Of a stretch of 64,000 nucleotides of DNA, positions 11,585 to 24,064 are shown in pieces; positions within the stretch are counted from its first letter, which is position 1, and every line of letters starts with the position of its first letter. Source of the DNA: Hypanus sabinus (lineage: Eukaryota); contig NC_082707.1 in NCBI RefSeq assembly GCF_030144855.1, forward strand, positions 167,586,001 to 167,650,000, read 5' to 3'. Made by a program: the position numbers and the translations under genes. The notes beneath the pieces are model-generated. The model made no database searches. It was not told where the DNA came from and worked only from the letters and a program-made list of their open reading frames with translations.

Positions 11585-11822
11585 CATGGATGATTCCAAG
11601 CCCAGCTACAAAAAGAAGAGGGTTGGGCATAAGGCTAGCAACCCCTTCCCATAAAAACGCAGAACTACAGAAACTCCAAAAGAATCTCCCAAGACCTCAT
11701 CCCTAGGAGAGGAAAAATCTTCACCTTGAAGACGTAAGATAGCCTATACATGGGGACAAATTGATAGACTGAGGAATCTGGTGAGCTGCAGTCAGCAGCC
11801 TATGTCCCAGTCGGACATAAGA
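11585..11822 (+). mobile_element. RTE-derived bipartite non-autonomous element (second copy at 28860-29056)
   Basis: GGGTTGGGCATAAGGCTAGCAACCCC..TAAAAA (RTE 5'-UTR-like motif) joined to an RTE-like 3' end. Similar copy at 28860. Confidence 0.6.
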
Positions 11823-12305
11823 AGAACATAAGAACAAAGAACATAAGAAATAGGAGCAGGAGTAGGCCATCCGGCCCATCGAGCCTGCCCCGCCATTCAA
11901 TAAGATCTGTCCATAAACTTAGCTCCACCTACCTGCCTTTTCCCCATAACCCTTAATTCCCTTACTAAGTAAAAATCTATCTAACTGTATTTTAAATATA
12001 TTTAGTGAAGAAGCCTCAACTGCTTCCCTGGGCAGAGAATTCCACAGATTCACCACTCTCTGGGGAAGGCAGTTTCTCCTCATCTCCATCCTAAATCTTC
12101 TCCCCTGAATCTTGAGGCAATGTCCCCTAGTTCTAGTCTCACCTACCAATGGAAACAACTTTTCTATTTCTATTTATCTATCCCTTTCAAAATTTTGTAT
12201 GTTTCTATAAGATCCCCTCTCATTCTTCTGAATTCCAGAGAGTATAGTCCCAGACAACTCAATCGCTCCTTATAGGTTAACCTCTTCATCCCCGGAATCA
12301 ACCTG

Positions 12306-12670
12306 GTATAAGATTATTAAGGGATTGGACAAGATAGAGGCAGGAAAAATGTTCCAGATGCTAGGAGAATCCAGTACCAGAGGGCATGGTTTAAGAATAA
12401 GGGGTAGGTCATTTAGGACAGAGTTAAGGGAAAACTTCTTCTCCCAGAGAGTTGTGGGGATCTGGAATGCACAGCCTCGGAAGGTAGTGGAGGCCAATTC
12501 TCTGGATGCTTTCAAGAAGGAGCTAGGTAGGTAGCTTATGGATAGGGGAATCAAGGGATATGGGGACAAGGCAGGAACCGGGTATTGATAGTAGGTGATC
12601 AGCCATGATCTCAGAATGGCGGTGCAGGCTCGAAGGGCTGAATGGTCTACTTCTGCACCTATTGTCTATT
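12306..12670 (+). mobile_element. Nested CR1 3' fragment in opposite orientation
   Basis: ORF 12325..12534 (STRGHGLRIRGRSFRTELRENFFSQRVV) ending in a tattgtctattg tail inside the minus-strand CR1. Confidence 0.88.
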
Positions 12671-13375
12671 GCCTCCAAAGCCAGTGTATCCTTCCTCAAG
12701 TATGGAGACCAGAACTGCACACGGTACTCCAGGTGTGGCTTCACCGGTACCCTGTATAGTTGCAGCATAACCTCCCAGTTCTTGAATTCAATCCCTCCAG
12801 CAATGAAGGTCAACATTCCGTTAGCCTTCTTAATAACTTGTTGTACCTGCAAGCCAACTTTTTGCGATTCATGAACAAGTAATCCCAAGTCCCTCTGCAC
12901 TACAGCTTGCTGCAATCTTTCAACATTTAAATAATAATCTGCTCTTCTATTATTCCTTCCAAAGTGGATGATCTCACATTTACCAACATTGTACTCCATC
13001 TGCCAGACCCTTGCCCACTCGCTTAACCTATCTATATCTCTCTGCAAACTCTCCACATCCTCTGTACAATTTGCTTTTCCACTCAGTTTAGTGTCATCAG
13101 CAAATCTTGCTACACTACACTCAGTCCCCTCTTCCGAACCATCAATGTAAATGGTAAACAGCTGTGGGCCCAGCACCGACCCCTGCAACACCGCTGACTG
13201 CCAACTGGAGAAACACCCATTTATACCAACTCTCTGCCTTCTACTCGTTAACCAATTCACTATCCATGCCAATACACTTCCTGCGACTCCATGCATCCGT
13301 ATCTTATTTATAAGTCTCTTGTGTGGCACCTTGTCGAACGCCTTCTGGAAATCCAAGTATATGACATCCACCTGT

Positions 13376-14015
13376 TGTCATGGTCCCTTCTGGCAATTGC
13401 CCACCTGGCTATTTACCTCAGAAATTAGGCCTCAATCACCTCGTTTAGTTCAAGATTCAAGATGCAAAAACTTTATTGTCATTCTAACCATACATCACCT
13501 CTGCAGGGCAGAATGAGACAGTGTTTCCCAGGAGCAGTGCAATCATAACATAACAAATGCAACACTAAATAATAAACATAACAATAAATAGTAAAACACA
13601 ACAGCTGTTATGTTTATTATGTTTTTATACTGCATTTGCTGATGGAAAGCAGGTGTTTGTAGTTAGTGGAACCCGGGAATGATTAACTTTTAACTTGCAC
13701 TGGACACTTATAACTTGTTTTTAACGGTGCAAGTTAAAAGTTACTCATTCCCAGGTTCCACTAACTACACACACCTGCTTTCCATCAGCAAATGGAGTAT
13801 AAAAACCCTGTGATCACAACAAGGAGCTGCCAGTTTGTTGGTTGACTCTGGTGTGAGTAACCTTGTGTCATGGTTCTTAGGACTACCAGTTCTAGGTCAA
13901 GCATTGCTCCTGCATACCAATTCCACGCTCGCTATGTTAATAACGCCTTCTGACTCTGCCCTCCATGCCCGTGTTCTGCACTTGGGTTTGTTTCCACCAC
14001 CACATCCTTGCAACC
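13376..14015 (+). mobile_element. Solo Gypsy LTR (same family as 40058-40406) with an internal LINE-tail insertion and inverted duplication
   Basis: Starts TGTCATGGTCCCTTCTGG. 5-bp TSD CCTGT at 13371-13375 and 14016-14020. Confidence 0.88.
13621..13806. repeat. 80-bp inverted repeat with 26-nt spacer
   Basis: Arms 13621-13700 and 13727-13806 are reverse complements with 4 mismatches counted by eye. Confidence 0.93.
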
Positions 14016-15805
14016 CCTGTTCCCATCAATCCACTGTACACATTATGTCCTCAAAGTTTGTCTAACAGGACCTGCCCTTTCTGAATCCATACTGTATCTG
14101 TCTAATGGAACCACTCCTTTCTAAATGTTTTGTTATTTCTTCCTTAATGACAGCTTCAAGCATTTTCCCAACTACAGATGTTAAACTAACTGGCCTATAG
14201 TTGCCGGTCTTTTGCCTACATCCTTTTTTAAAAAGTGGCATGACATTTGCTGTCTTCCAATCTGCCGGGACCTGTCCAGAGACTACAGAGTTTTGATAAA
14301 TGATTACCAATGGGTCTACTATAACCTCTGCCAATTCCTTCAGCACCCTGGGATGCATCCCATCAGGACCAGGGGACTTACCTACCTTCAGGCCCTCTAG
14401 TTTGCTCCTCACTATCTCTTGAGTGACAGTGATTTTATCGAGGTCCTCACCTCCCATTTCGTCCATAATGTCCTTCTTTGGCATATTATACATGTTCTCC
14501 ACCGTGAAGATTGACACAAAATAGTCATTCAATGCCTCAGCCATTTCCTTATCACCCAATATCAATTTCCCCTTCTTGTCTTCCAAGAGATCTACATTGA
14601 CTTTAGCCACCCTCTTCTGCTTTATATATTTATAAAAACTTTTGCTATCTGTTTTTATATTTTGTGTTTATTTACTTTCATACTCTATCTTCCCTTTCCT
14701 TATTTCTTGTTTAGTTGTTCTCTGTTGCTTTTTAAAGTTGTCCCAATCCTCCAGTCTCCCACTAATCTTTGTGACTTTGTACACGAGCTTTAAATTTTAT
14801 ACTTTCTTTTAGTTTCTTAGTTATCCAAGGCTGGCTCTCCCCACACTTACTGTCCTTACTTTTGACTGGAATATACTTCTGTTGAGCACTGTGAAAAATC
14901 TCTTTGAAAGTCTTCCACTGTTCCTCAACTGTCCTCCCAAATAGCCTATGCTCCCAATCCACATTAGCCAACTCTTCCCTCATCCTGTTGTAGTCTCCCT
15001 TGTTCAAGCATAATACACTAGTTTTATATCTAACTATTTCATTCTCCATCTGTATGTGAGATCCAATCATACTATGACCACTCTTTTCAAGAGGTTCCCT
15101 GACTACAAGATTGTTAATCTTACCTATCTCATTGCACAGGACGAGATCTAAGATAGTATTTTCCCTTGTAGGTTCGCTAACATGCTACTCAGGAAAACCA
15201 TCACTGATGCATTCTATGAAGTCCTCCTCAAGACTTCCTTGACCAACCTGATTCACCCTGACTAACCCTGTTTCTAATACTACGGGCATTTAGATAAAGT
15301 GCCCTTATACTCATTGTCCTTTTAGAATCTAGTGACCAATGCGATTTTTGCTTTTTACTTTTATACACTCTACTCTTACTTTTTTCTTCACTAACTCTAG
15401 CTTTGGTCTCTGCATCACTTCCCTCTTCTTTTCTGTGTGGGTTCCAATCCCACTGCTATATTAGTTTAAAGCCTCCCAACAGCAGTAGCAAACAGAATAT
15501 GACTCTACTGATTGAAATCAAGTGATGATAATGAGAATCAGGACTGGGAATCTGTAACCAGTGCAGCAGCGTTAAACAAAAGCAGCTACAATTAATCATC
15601 CCCTTGGGAGGCCAGAATATGCCTTGCACTTAGTGAATTATCTCTGCCCCATTGGCATTTCCAATTTAGTGTGAAAATGCAGCAATGCAAGGGCTCAACA
15701 ACAAAGGAGACAAATGACTAGCTAATTGCTTTTGCCAACAAAGTGACCCAGGAAAGAAAGATTAGAGACCATTGAATCCAGAGCAGACTGACAAATTGAA
15801 TTCAA

Positions 15806-15945
15806 NNNNNNNNNNNNNNNNNNNNNNNNNNNNNNNNNNNNNNNNNNNNNNNNNNNNNNNNNNNNNNNNNNNNNNNNNNNNNNNNNNNNNNNNNNNNNNN
15901 NNNNNNNNNNNNNNNNNNNNNNNNNNNNNNNNNNNNNNNNNNNNN
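15806..15945. other. Assembly gap (140 N)
   Basis: Run of N. Confidence 1.
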
Positions 15946-18900
15946 GGTTTGAGACCAGTGGTGTGCCACAAGGATTGGTGCTGAAACTTTTAATCCTTGT
16001 GATGTACATTAATGACTTGGATGTGATTGCAGGAGATATGATAAATCAATCTGAATCAGGACCGCTAGAAAATGAGTCTGGAGAAATAATAACAGGGGAT
16101 AAGGAGATGGCAAATGAACTTCACTGTGAAATACACTAGCAGTGCGCCAGATGTTGAAGGATATGAGAAGAGAGAAGTGAGTGCAGTTACTATGACAAGG
16201 GAGAAGGTGCTCAAAAAGCTGAAAGACCTAAAGGTACATAAGTCACCTGGATCAGATCAGTAAAGATCTTTCAGAAATCATTGGACTCTGGCATGGTGCC
16301 AGAGGACTGGAAAATTGCAAATGTCACTCCACTCTTTAAGAAAGGAGGAAGGCATAGAAAGGAAATTAAGGACCAATTAACCTGACTATAGTGATTGGGA
16401 AGATGTTGGAGTCAATTGTTAAGGATGAGATTATGGAGTACAGTACTTGGTGACACAGGACAGGGTAGGACAAAGTCAGCATGGTTTCTTTAAAGGAAAA
16501 TCTTGCCTGACGAACCCGTTGTAATTCTTTGTGGAGATTACAAGTAGTATAGATACTTTCAGAAACATTTTGCAAAGTGCCACACATGAGGCTGCTTACC
16601 AAGTTAAGAACTCATGGTATTACAGGGAAGTTACTAGCATGGCTAGCGCATTGGTTAATTGGTAGGAGGCATGGAGTGGGAATAAAAGGATCCTTTTCTG
16701 GTTGGCCGCCAGTGACTAGTGGTGTTCAGCAGCGGTTGGTGTTGGGAACTGCTTCTTTTTTATGCTGTATAGCAATGATTTAGATGATATGCAGTTGATA
16801 CAAAGATTGGTGGAGGAGCAGGTGGTGTTGAGGAAACAGGTGGATGCAGAAGGACTTAGATTAGGAGAATGGGCAAGAAAGTGGCAAACAAAATACAATG
16901 TTGGAAAATGCATGGTCATGCACTTTGGTAGTAGAAATAAAAGTGCAGACTATTTTCTAAACAGGGAGAAAATCCAACAATCAGATACATAGGGACTTGG
17001 GAGCCCTCGTGAGGAAGGCAAATGCAAAGTGAGCACTCATTTCCAGAGGTCTAGAATACAAAAGCAGGGATGTGATGCTGAGGCTTTATAAGGCACTGGT
17101 GAGGCCTCACCTCGAGTATTGTGAACTGTTTTGGGCTCCTCACAGAAGAAAAGGTGTGCTGGGCATTGGAGCGGGTTCAGAGGAGGTTCACAAGGATGAT
17201 TCAGGGAATGAAAGTGTTACCATATGAGGAACATTTGATGGTTCTGGATCTGTACTCAATGGAATTTAGAAAGATGAGGGGGTATCTTATTGAAACCTTT
17301 CGAAGGTTGATAGGCCTAGGACAAGAGGCCACAGCCCCAGGATAGAGGGGTGTCCATTTAAAACAGAGATGTGGAGAAGTTTCTTTAGCCAGAGGGTGGT
17401 GAATTTGTGGGATTTGTTACCACAGGCGGCTGTGGAGGCCAAGTCGTTGGGTGTATTTAAGGCAGAGATTGATAGTTTCTTGATAGGACACGGCATCAAA
17501 GGTTACGGAGAAGGCTGGGGAGGAAATGAAAGATCAGCCACGATTGAATAGCAGAGCAGACTCAATGGCCTGATTCTGCTCTTGTGTCTCATGGTCTAAT
17601 ACCGAGGAAGGTTGAAGATCCTTACAATATAGTATGGATGGAGCAATAGCAAATGGGATTTAACCCTAACAAATGTGAAGTGATACATTTTGGAAGGGCA
17701 AATTATTGTAATACACACAGAGTAAACAGTAGAGCCCTGGAGAGTGTTGATCCACAAAGGCACTTTGGGATACAAGTCCATTAATCCATGAAAATGACAA
17801 TAAAGGTGGATAAGATGGTTAAAAAAAAAGCATATTGGTTGCTTGCCTTCATCAGTATGGTGATGAACAAACAGACTAGGATGTTTGGCTTCCGGGAATG
17901 GGAATCTCTATAATGCCTACAAAGATGGCTTTTTAGAGCAACTTGTGTTTGAGCCTCTAGGGGATCAACTATTCTGGATTGGATGTGGTGCAATGACCCA
18001 GAACTGATCAGGGAGCTTAAGGTAAAGGAACACTAGGGAGATAATGATCATGATATGATCAAATTCACTCTGAATTCTGAGAAGGAGTAGATAAAGTCAG
18101 ATGTATCAGTATTACAGTGGAGTAAAGGGAATTACAGAGGCATGAGAGAGGAGTTGGCCAGAATTGATCGAAAAAGAACACTGGCAGGGATGATGGCAGA
18201 GCAGCAATGGCTGGAATTTTTGGAAGAAATTTGAAAGGCACAGGATATATATACCCCAAAGATGAAGTATATAGCAGAGAGAAGTTAGAGGATTGTGAAG
18301 CTTTAAAATACCACCAGAAGGCAACTAAAATAATCATTAAGAAGATAAAGATGGAATACAAAAGTAAGCCAGCCAATAGTATTAAAGAGAATATTAAAAG
18401 TCACTTCAGATCTAAAAAGTTCAATTCTTGTCCCAACACAGACCCCTGTTGTACACCACTAGTCATCGGCAGCCATCAGAAACGACTTCCTTTATTCACT
18501 CTCTTTGCCACCTGCCCATCGGCCACTGTTTTATCCATGGTAGAATCTTCCCTGTAATACCATGGGCTCAAAGCTTGCTCAGGAGCCTTGTCAAAGTCCT
18601 TCTGAAAATCCAAGTACACAATATCAATCGATTCTCCTGTGTCTTTGTACTTGGATTATCAGAAGGTCTTTGACAAGGTGCCACACGTGAGCCTGATTAA
18701 CAAGTTATGAGCCCACGGTATTACAGGGAAGATAAAGCAGTGGTTGACTGGCAGGAAGAGTGGGAATAAAGGTAGTCTTTTCTGCTTGCCTGCTGGTAAC
18801 TAGTGGTGTTCCACAGGGGTCTGTGTTGGAATCGATGTGGGGAAGTGTATGGTCATGCACTTTGGTAGAAGGAATGTAAGGGTTGACAATTCTCTAAATG

Positions 18901-20835
18901 GAGAGAAAATACACAGAACTGAGGTTGCAAAGGGACTTGGGAGTATTTGTGCAGGATTCCCTAAAGGTTAATTTGCAGGTTGAGTCTGTTGTGAGGAAGG
19001 CAAATGCAATGTTAGGATTCATTTCAAGAGGATGAGAACATAAAAGCAAGGATATAATGTTGAGACTTTATAAAGCACTGGTGAGGCCTCACTTGGAGTA
19101 TTGTGAGCGGGTTTGGGCCCCATATTATTAGAAAGGATGTGCTGAAACTGGAGAGGGTTCAAAGGAGGTTCACACAAATGTTTCCAGGTTTGAATGGCTT
19201 GTCATATGAAGAGTGTTTTATGGCTCAGGGCCTGGATTCACTGGTGTTCTGAAGAATGAGAAGTGACCTCTTTGAAACCTATTGAACAGTGAAAGTCCTT
19301 GATAGGACTTTAGTAGATGTGGAGAGGATGTTTCCTATGGTGGTACAGTCTAAGACTAGAAGACACAGAATAGAGGGACATCCTTTTAGAATGGAGATGA
19401 GGAGGAACTTCTTTAGCCAGACAGTGGAGAATCTGTGAAATTTTATGCCACAGGCAGCTATGGAGGTGAAGTCTTTATGTATATTTAAGGCAGAGGTTGA
19501 TAGATTTTTGATTGATCAGACATGAAGGGATATGGGGAGAAGGCAGGATATTGAGACTGAGAGGAAAATTGGATCAGCCAAGATGATATGGTAGGGTAGA
19601 ATTGATGGGCCAAATAGGCTAATTCTGCTCCCATGTCTTAAGGTCTTATGGTTACATTGAAAATTTACCAGAACATTGGTTCAGCCACATCTGGAGTATT
19701 TTGTGTATTTTTGGTAGCAATGTGTTTGCACTGAAGAGATCCACTGAGATGTTGCCTGGATCAGAGAGGCTGAATAGGCTGGGGGTGGTTGCCCTGGAGA
19801 CGAGAGGGCTGAGGGCATGGTAGTACAGAGGTATATAAAATCATCAGCTGTCTTTACCACCCTATCAACCTGTGTAGGGAGCTATGGACTTGGATCCAAG
19901 ATCCCTCTGCAAATCAATACCATTGAGAAACTTGCCATTAACAGTGTACAGTCCCTTTACATTTGATCTCCAAAAGTGTAGTGCTTCATAGTTGGATGGG
20001 TTAAGCTCCACCTGCCATCTCTCCACCCTTATCTGCCATTGATCTATATCCCACTCTATTCTTCTATTACATCATCGATCTTTGCATTGTTTGCAAACTT
20101 ATTAACTATCTGCAGATGCTGGAAATCAAAGTAATACATACATACAAAATGCTGGAGGAACTCAGGAGACCAGGCAGTGTCTGATGATTCATCTGAAGAA
20201 CACTTCCCAATGAAGGGTCTCAGCCCAAAATGTCAACTGTTTACTCTTTTCCATTGATGCTGCCTGGCCTGCTAAGTTCCTCCAGAATTTTGTGTGTGTT
20301 ACTCATTTATGTTTTCATTCAGATCATTTATATTATCACAAACAGCAGAGGTCCCAGTCACAGACCTCGAGATAGAATAGGTCCCATCAACAACTTGCCT
20401 CTGTCTTCTATGAGCAGGCCAATTCTGAATCTAGATGGCGAACTTACCATATATCCCATATAACTTAATGTTCTGGATGAGCCTCCCTTGAGGGACATTG
20501 TCAAACGCCTTACTAAAATTAATGTGGACAACATCCACAACTCTGCATTCATCATCAGCATTGTCACCTCCCTGGAAAAACTCAATCAGGTTAGTAAGAT
20601 ATGACATGCCCTGCACAAAGTCATGTGGACTATTCCTAATTAGGCCATGATTTTCCAACTGCTCATAAATCCTATGCCTAAGAAACCTCCCCAATAGCTT
20701 CCCTTCCACTGATATTAGACTCACTGGTCTATAGTTTCCATGATTATCCTTATTTCCTTTCCTGAACAAAAGAATAGTGTTGGCTACTCGCTAGTCCCAG
20801 CTAGGACCTCACTTGTGGCTATAGAGGACACAAAG
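15946..20835. mobile_element. Mosaic of CR1 fragments (mostly + at 15946-19840; minus at 18425-18640 and 19850-20835)
   Basis: Repeated RT, endonuclease and 3' motifs: VPHMRLLTKLR.HGI.G, ALERVQRRFTRMI, FFSQRVVNLW, NYRPVSLISVEGK. Confidence 0.88.
20109..20303. mobile_element. Two Penelope terminal-repeat fragments in inverted orientation
   Basis: The left arm (caaaatgctggaggaactcagg..ccaggcag) is the reverse complement of the right arm (ctgcctggcctgctaagttcctccagaattttg). The hammerhead core is decayed (ccaatgaagggtctcagcccaaaatgtc). Confidence 0.75.
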
Positions 20836-20889
20836 GTATTGGTCAAGGCACCAGCATAGAGTCATACAGTATGGAAGATTTTTTTGCAG

Positions 20890-21230
20890 AATATTCACCG
20901 TTTTAGCTTAGGAAGCAAAAGAGTCAATATGTGCAAAGACACCTTCCAAATATAGTAATGTCACAATGTCCGGATGCTCTTTTTTAACAATATTGGTTCA
21001 GGGTTAAATATAATCTAAGACTTCAGAAAGAATTGGCCTCCTCTTTGAAATAGTACCACAAGATCTATTAAATCACCTTTGAAAGGAGACACTGCTTCAG
21101 TTTAACATCACATCCAAAAGGCAATGAGCCCAGCAGTGCAGCACTTCTTCAGATGGTGCTCGGAGTGACAGTGTAGATCCTGCATCTGTTTCTCAAGTGG
21201 GACTTATCGCTGTAAATTCCTGACTCGGCT
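20890..21230 (-). mobile_element. Ancient DeuSINE (SacSINE1/AmnSINE1-like)
   Basis: Minus strand: aagtcccact..gaagtgctgcactg..ggatgtgatgttaaactga..gatcttgtggtactatttcaaaga..tttaaccctgaaccaa. This is colinear with the Deu-domain consensus as I recall it. Confidence 0.7.
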
Positions 21231-22047
21231 GTAAGAGGAAAATGAGGTGACTTTCTTAATGGGACAGGAGTGAATGGTTGATGCTGGGTCACCCACAGCA
21301 TTTAAGAAGGGCCCAGATGTACCCTTGAACCTCTTAGGCATTGAGGGCTATGGACTCAGTGCTGGCAGGAGGGATGAATACAGAAGGGTACTCACTGGAC
21401 AGCATGGACCAGTTGGGCTGATTGGCCTATTTCCCTGCTACATGATTTTATTACACTCCAAGAGTGCAACCTACTGGCTGATGTGGCTAATATCACATTA
21501 TAATACTCCCAAAGTTATCCAGTAATTGTTATTTAATCTACACAAATGCCAAAAATACATCTCCTTCATCTGTGCAGATTATACAATCTATTTTATGCAT
21601 GAAAAATTAATGTTAGAATCGTTTAATTACAGTCTGTGTTAGATCACAGCTTGAATTACCATTTAAATCAGCATCTTTCATTTGTAATATTGAGCACATT
21701 GTTCTGAAGATATTTGACAATTTGCTTTAATGCTCTTTACTCACTGAATGTATGATGTTCTTTTTGGAACCATTTCAGAAAATATGTCTTGATCTGTATC
21801 TTTTGCATTTATTAATGAAAATTTCACTATGAAAATGACCGACTCTGAGGGATATAGTGAAAAATCCGGCACTGAAAACATTTTGCCCTTCATAGGGTTT
21901 AATCAGCTCCATTTCAAACTATATTCTAACACCAGGGTGAGGGGGAACAGCCAGAAGTCATGGTACATATTGGTACCAATGACAAAGGTAGGAAAAGGGA
22001 TGAAGAGAGAATTAGTGATAGGTAGAAAACTGAAAAGCAGGACCTCA

Positions 22048-22847
22048 GGTTGTCCATTCATTCCCCCCCCCCATCCCTCCCCACCGACTTCCTCCAGGCA
22101 CTTATCCCTGCAAATGGAAGAAGTGCTACACCTGCCCCCACACTTTTTCCCTCACCACCATCCCAGGCCCCAGACAGTCCTCTCAGGTGAGGCACCACTT
22201 CACCTGCGAGTCAACTGGGGTGATATACTGTATCTGGTGCTCCCGATGTGGCCATTTATACATTGGGGAGACCCGCCGCAGACTGGGAGACTGTTTCGCC
22301 GAACACCAGCGCTCAGTCCTCCAGCAGTGGCGGGATCTCCCTGTGGCCACATACACTTCAATTCCACAGACCACTCCCACTCCGATATGTCTGTCTATCT
22401 ATGGCCTCCTCTACCGTCAAGATGAGACCACACGCAGGGTGATGGAGCAATACCTTATCTCCCACCTAGGTAGCCTCCTACCTGCCGGCATGAACATTCA
22501 ACTCACAGACCTCCGTTGATACCCCTGCCCCCTCCTTACCCCATCCCTATCTATAATTTTAGTCTGGTTCTCTTTCTCTCTCTTTTCCCGCCTCACTATA
22601 ATCTCCCCCCAGCCCTACCTTTCTTTCTCTTTTATTTCCCATAATTCACCACCTTTCCCCTAGCCCTTTTCCCTCCAGCCTATCACTTCCCAGCTCTCTA
22701 CTTCATCCCTCCCCCCACTTCTTATCCCCCCTCGACCATCCCTTGTTATTTCACTCCTGATGAAGGGTTTCGGCCCGAAACGTCGTCACTACCTCCTCCC
22801 ATAGATGCTGTCTGGCCTGCTGAGTTCTGCCAGCATTTTGTGTTTTT
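22048..22847 (+). mobile_element. Penelope-like element 3' end: GIY-YIG endonuclease remnant plus terminal repeat
   Basis: HFTCESTGVIYCIWCSRCGHLYIGETRRRLGDCFAEH..HFNSTDHSHSD, followed by a pyrimidine-rich UTR. Flanked by ACCTCA duplication (22042-22047 and 22848-22853). Confidence 0.92.
22751..22790 (+). ncRNA. Minimal hammerhead ribozyme motif in the Penelope terminal repeat
   Basis: CUGAUGA-A-GGGU(UUCG)GCCC-GAAA-CG-UC^. Intact core and UUCG-capped stem II. Stem I pairing is weak in this copy. Confidence 0.7.
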
Positions 22848-24064
22848 ACCTCAAGGATAGTAATCACTATGTGCCATAAGTCAGTGAGGGTAAGAATAGC
22901 ATGATTTGGCAGATGAATGCATGGCTGAAGAATTAGTGCAAAGGGCAGAGTTTCTTATTTCTGGATCTGTTCAGGGGAAGGTATGAACTGCACAAAAAAG
23001 ATGGGTTACACCTGAAATCGAGGGCTGTGAACAGGTTTGCTAGAGCTTTAGAGGAGGGTTTATACTAATTTGGCAGCGTGTTGGGAACTCGAGTGATAGG
23101 GCTGAGGCAAGGGCAGTTGGTATACAAGTAGATACAGTGTATAGTGAGACTGTAACGAAGGACAGGCAGATGATAGGGCAAAATTACAATCAGTGGGATG
23201 AGCTGAAGTGTAACATGGCAAAATCAAAAATGGTGATAAAAACAGGACCGGAAGTGTTCTATTTGAATGCATGTAATACATGGAATGGCGCATTTAGAGA
23301 TTGGCAGTTTTGACGTTGGCTAAAAGGAGATCAAAGTTGTGAGCATCATTGTATTGAAAGGACAGGAGGGTAGGCAGAGGGATGGGGTGGCTCTGTTGGT
23401 AAAAAAAAGAATTCAAATCCTTGGAAAGAGGTGATATATGATCAGAAGATGTGAATCCTTGTGGGTAGAGTTAACGAACTGCAAGGGTAAAAGGACCCGG
23501 AAGGGAGTTATATTCAGTAGCAAGGACATGGGGTACAAATTACAATGGAAGATAGAAAAGGCATATAAAAAGGACAATGTTGTAACTGTCATGGGGGATT
23601 TCAATATGCAGGTAGATTGAGAAAATCAGGTTGGTGCTGGATCTCAACAGAGGGAGTTTGTAGAATGCCTATGAGATGGCTTTATAAAGCAGATTTTGGT
23701 TGAGCCCACTAGGGAAAACGCAATTATGAATGAGGTGTTGTGTAATGAACCAGATTTGGTCAGGGAGCTTAAGATCATGGAGCCCTCAGAGAACAGTGAT
23801 GATAATATGTTCAAATTCACCATGCAGTTTAAGAGGGAGAAGCTAAAGTCAGATGTATCAGTATTACAGTGGAGTAAAGGGAATTACAGAGGCATGAGTG
23901 ATGAACTGGCCAAATGTGACTGGAACGGTATGCTAGCAGGGATGATGGCAGAACAGCAATGGTTGGAATTTCTGGGAGTTTGGAAGGCACAGAAAAGAAG
24001 AAGAGTACTCTAAAGGGAGGAATACGCAACCATGGTTGACAAGGGTAGTAAAATATAGTGTAAA

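Larger units (their letters stand above)
11823..15492 (-). mobile_element. Long CR1 LINE (endonuclease to 3' end) hosting nested insertions
   Basis: ORFs 14762..15070, 14062..14610 (KSPGPDGMHPRVLKELA..NYRPVSLTSVVGK), 12523..13371 (YLDFQKAFDKVPH..FADDTKL), 11919..12158, and a (TTCTTATG)n-type tail at ~11823. Confidence 0.93.

Noticed and set aside
15722-16009. ORFs spanning the N run
   Set aside because: Artefacts of the assembly gap.
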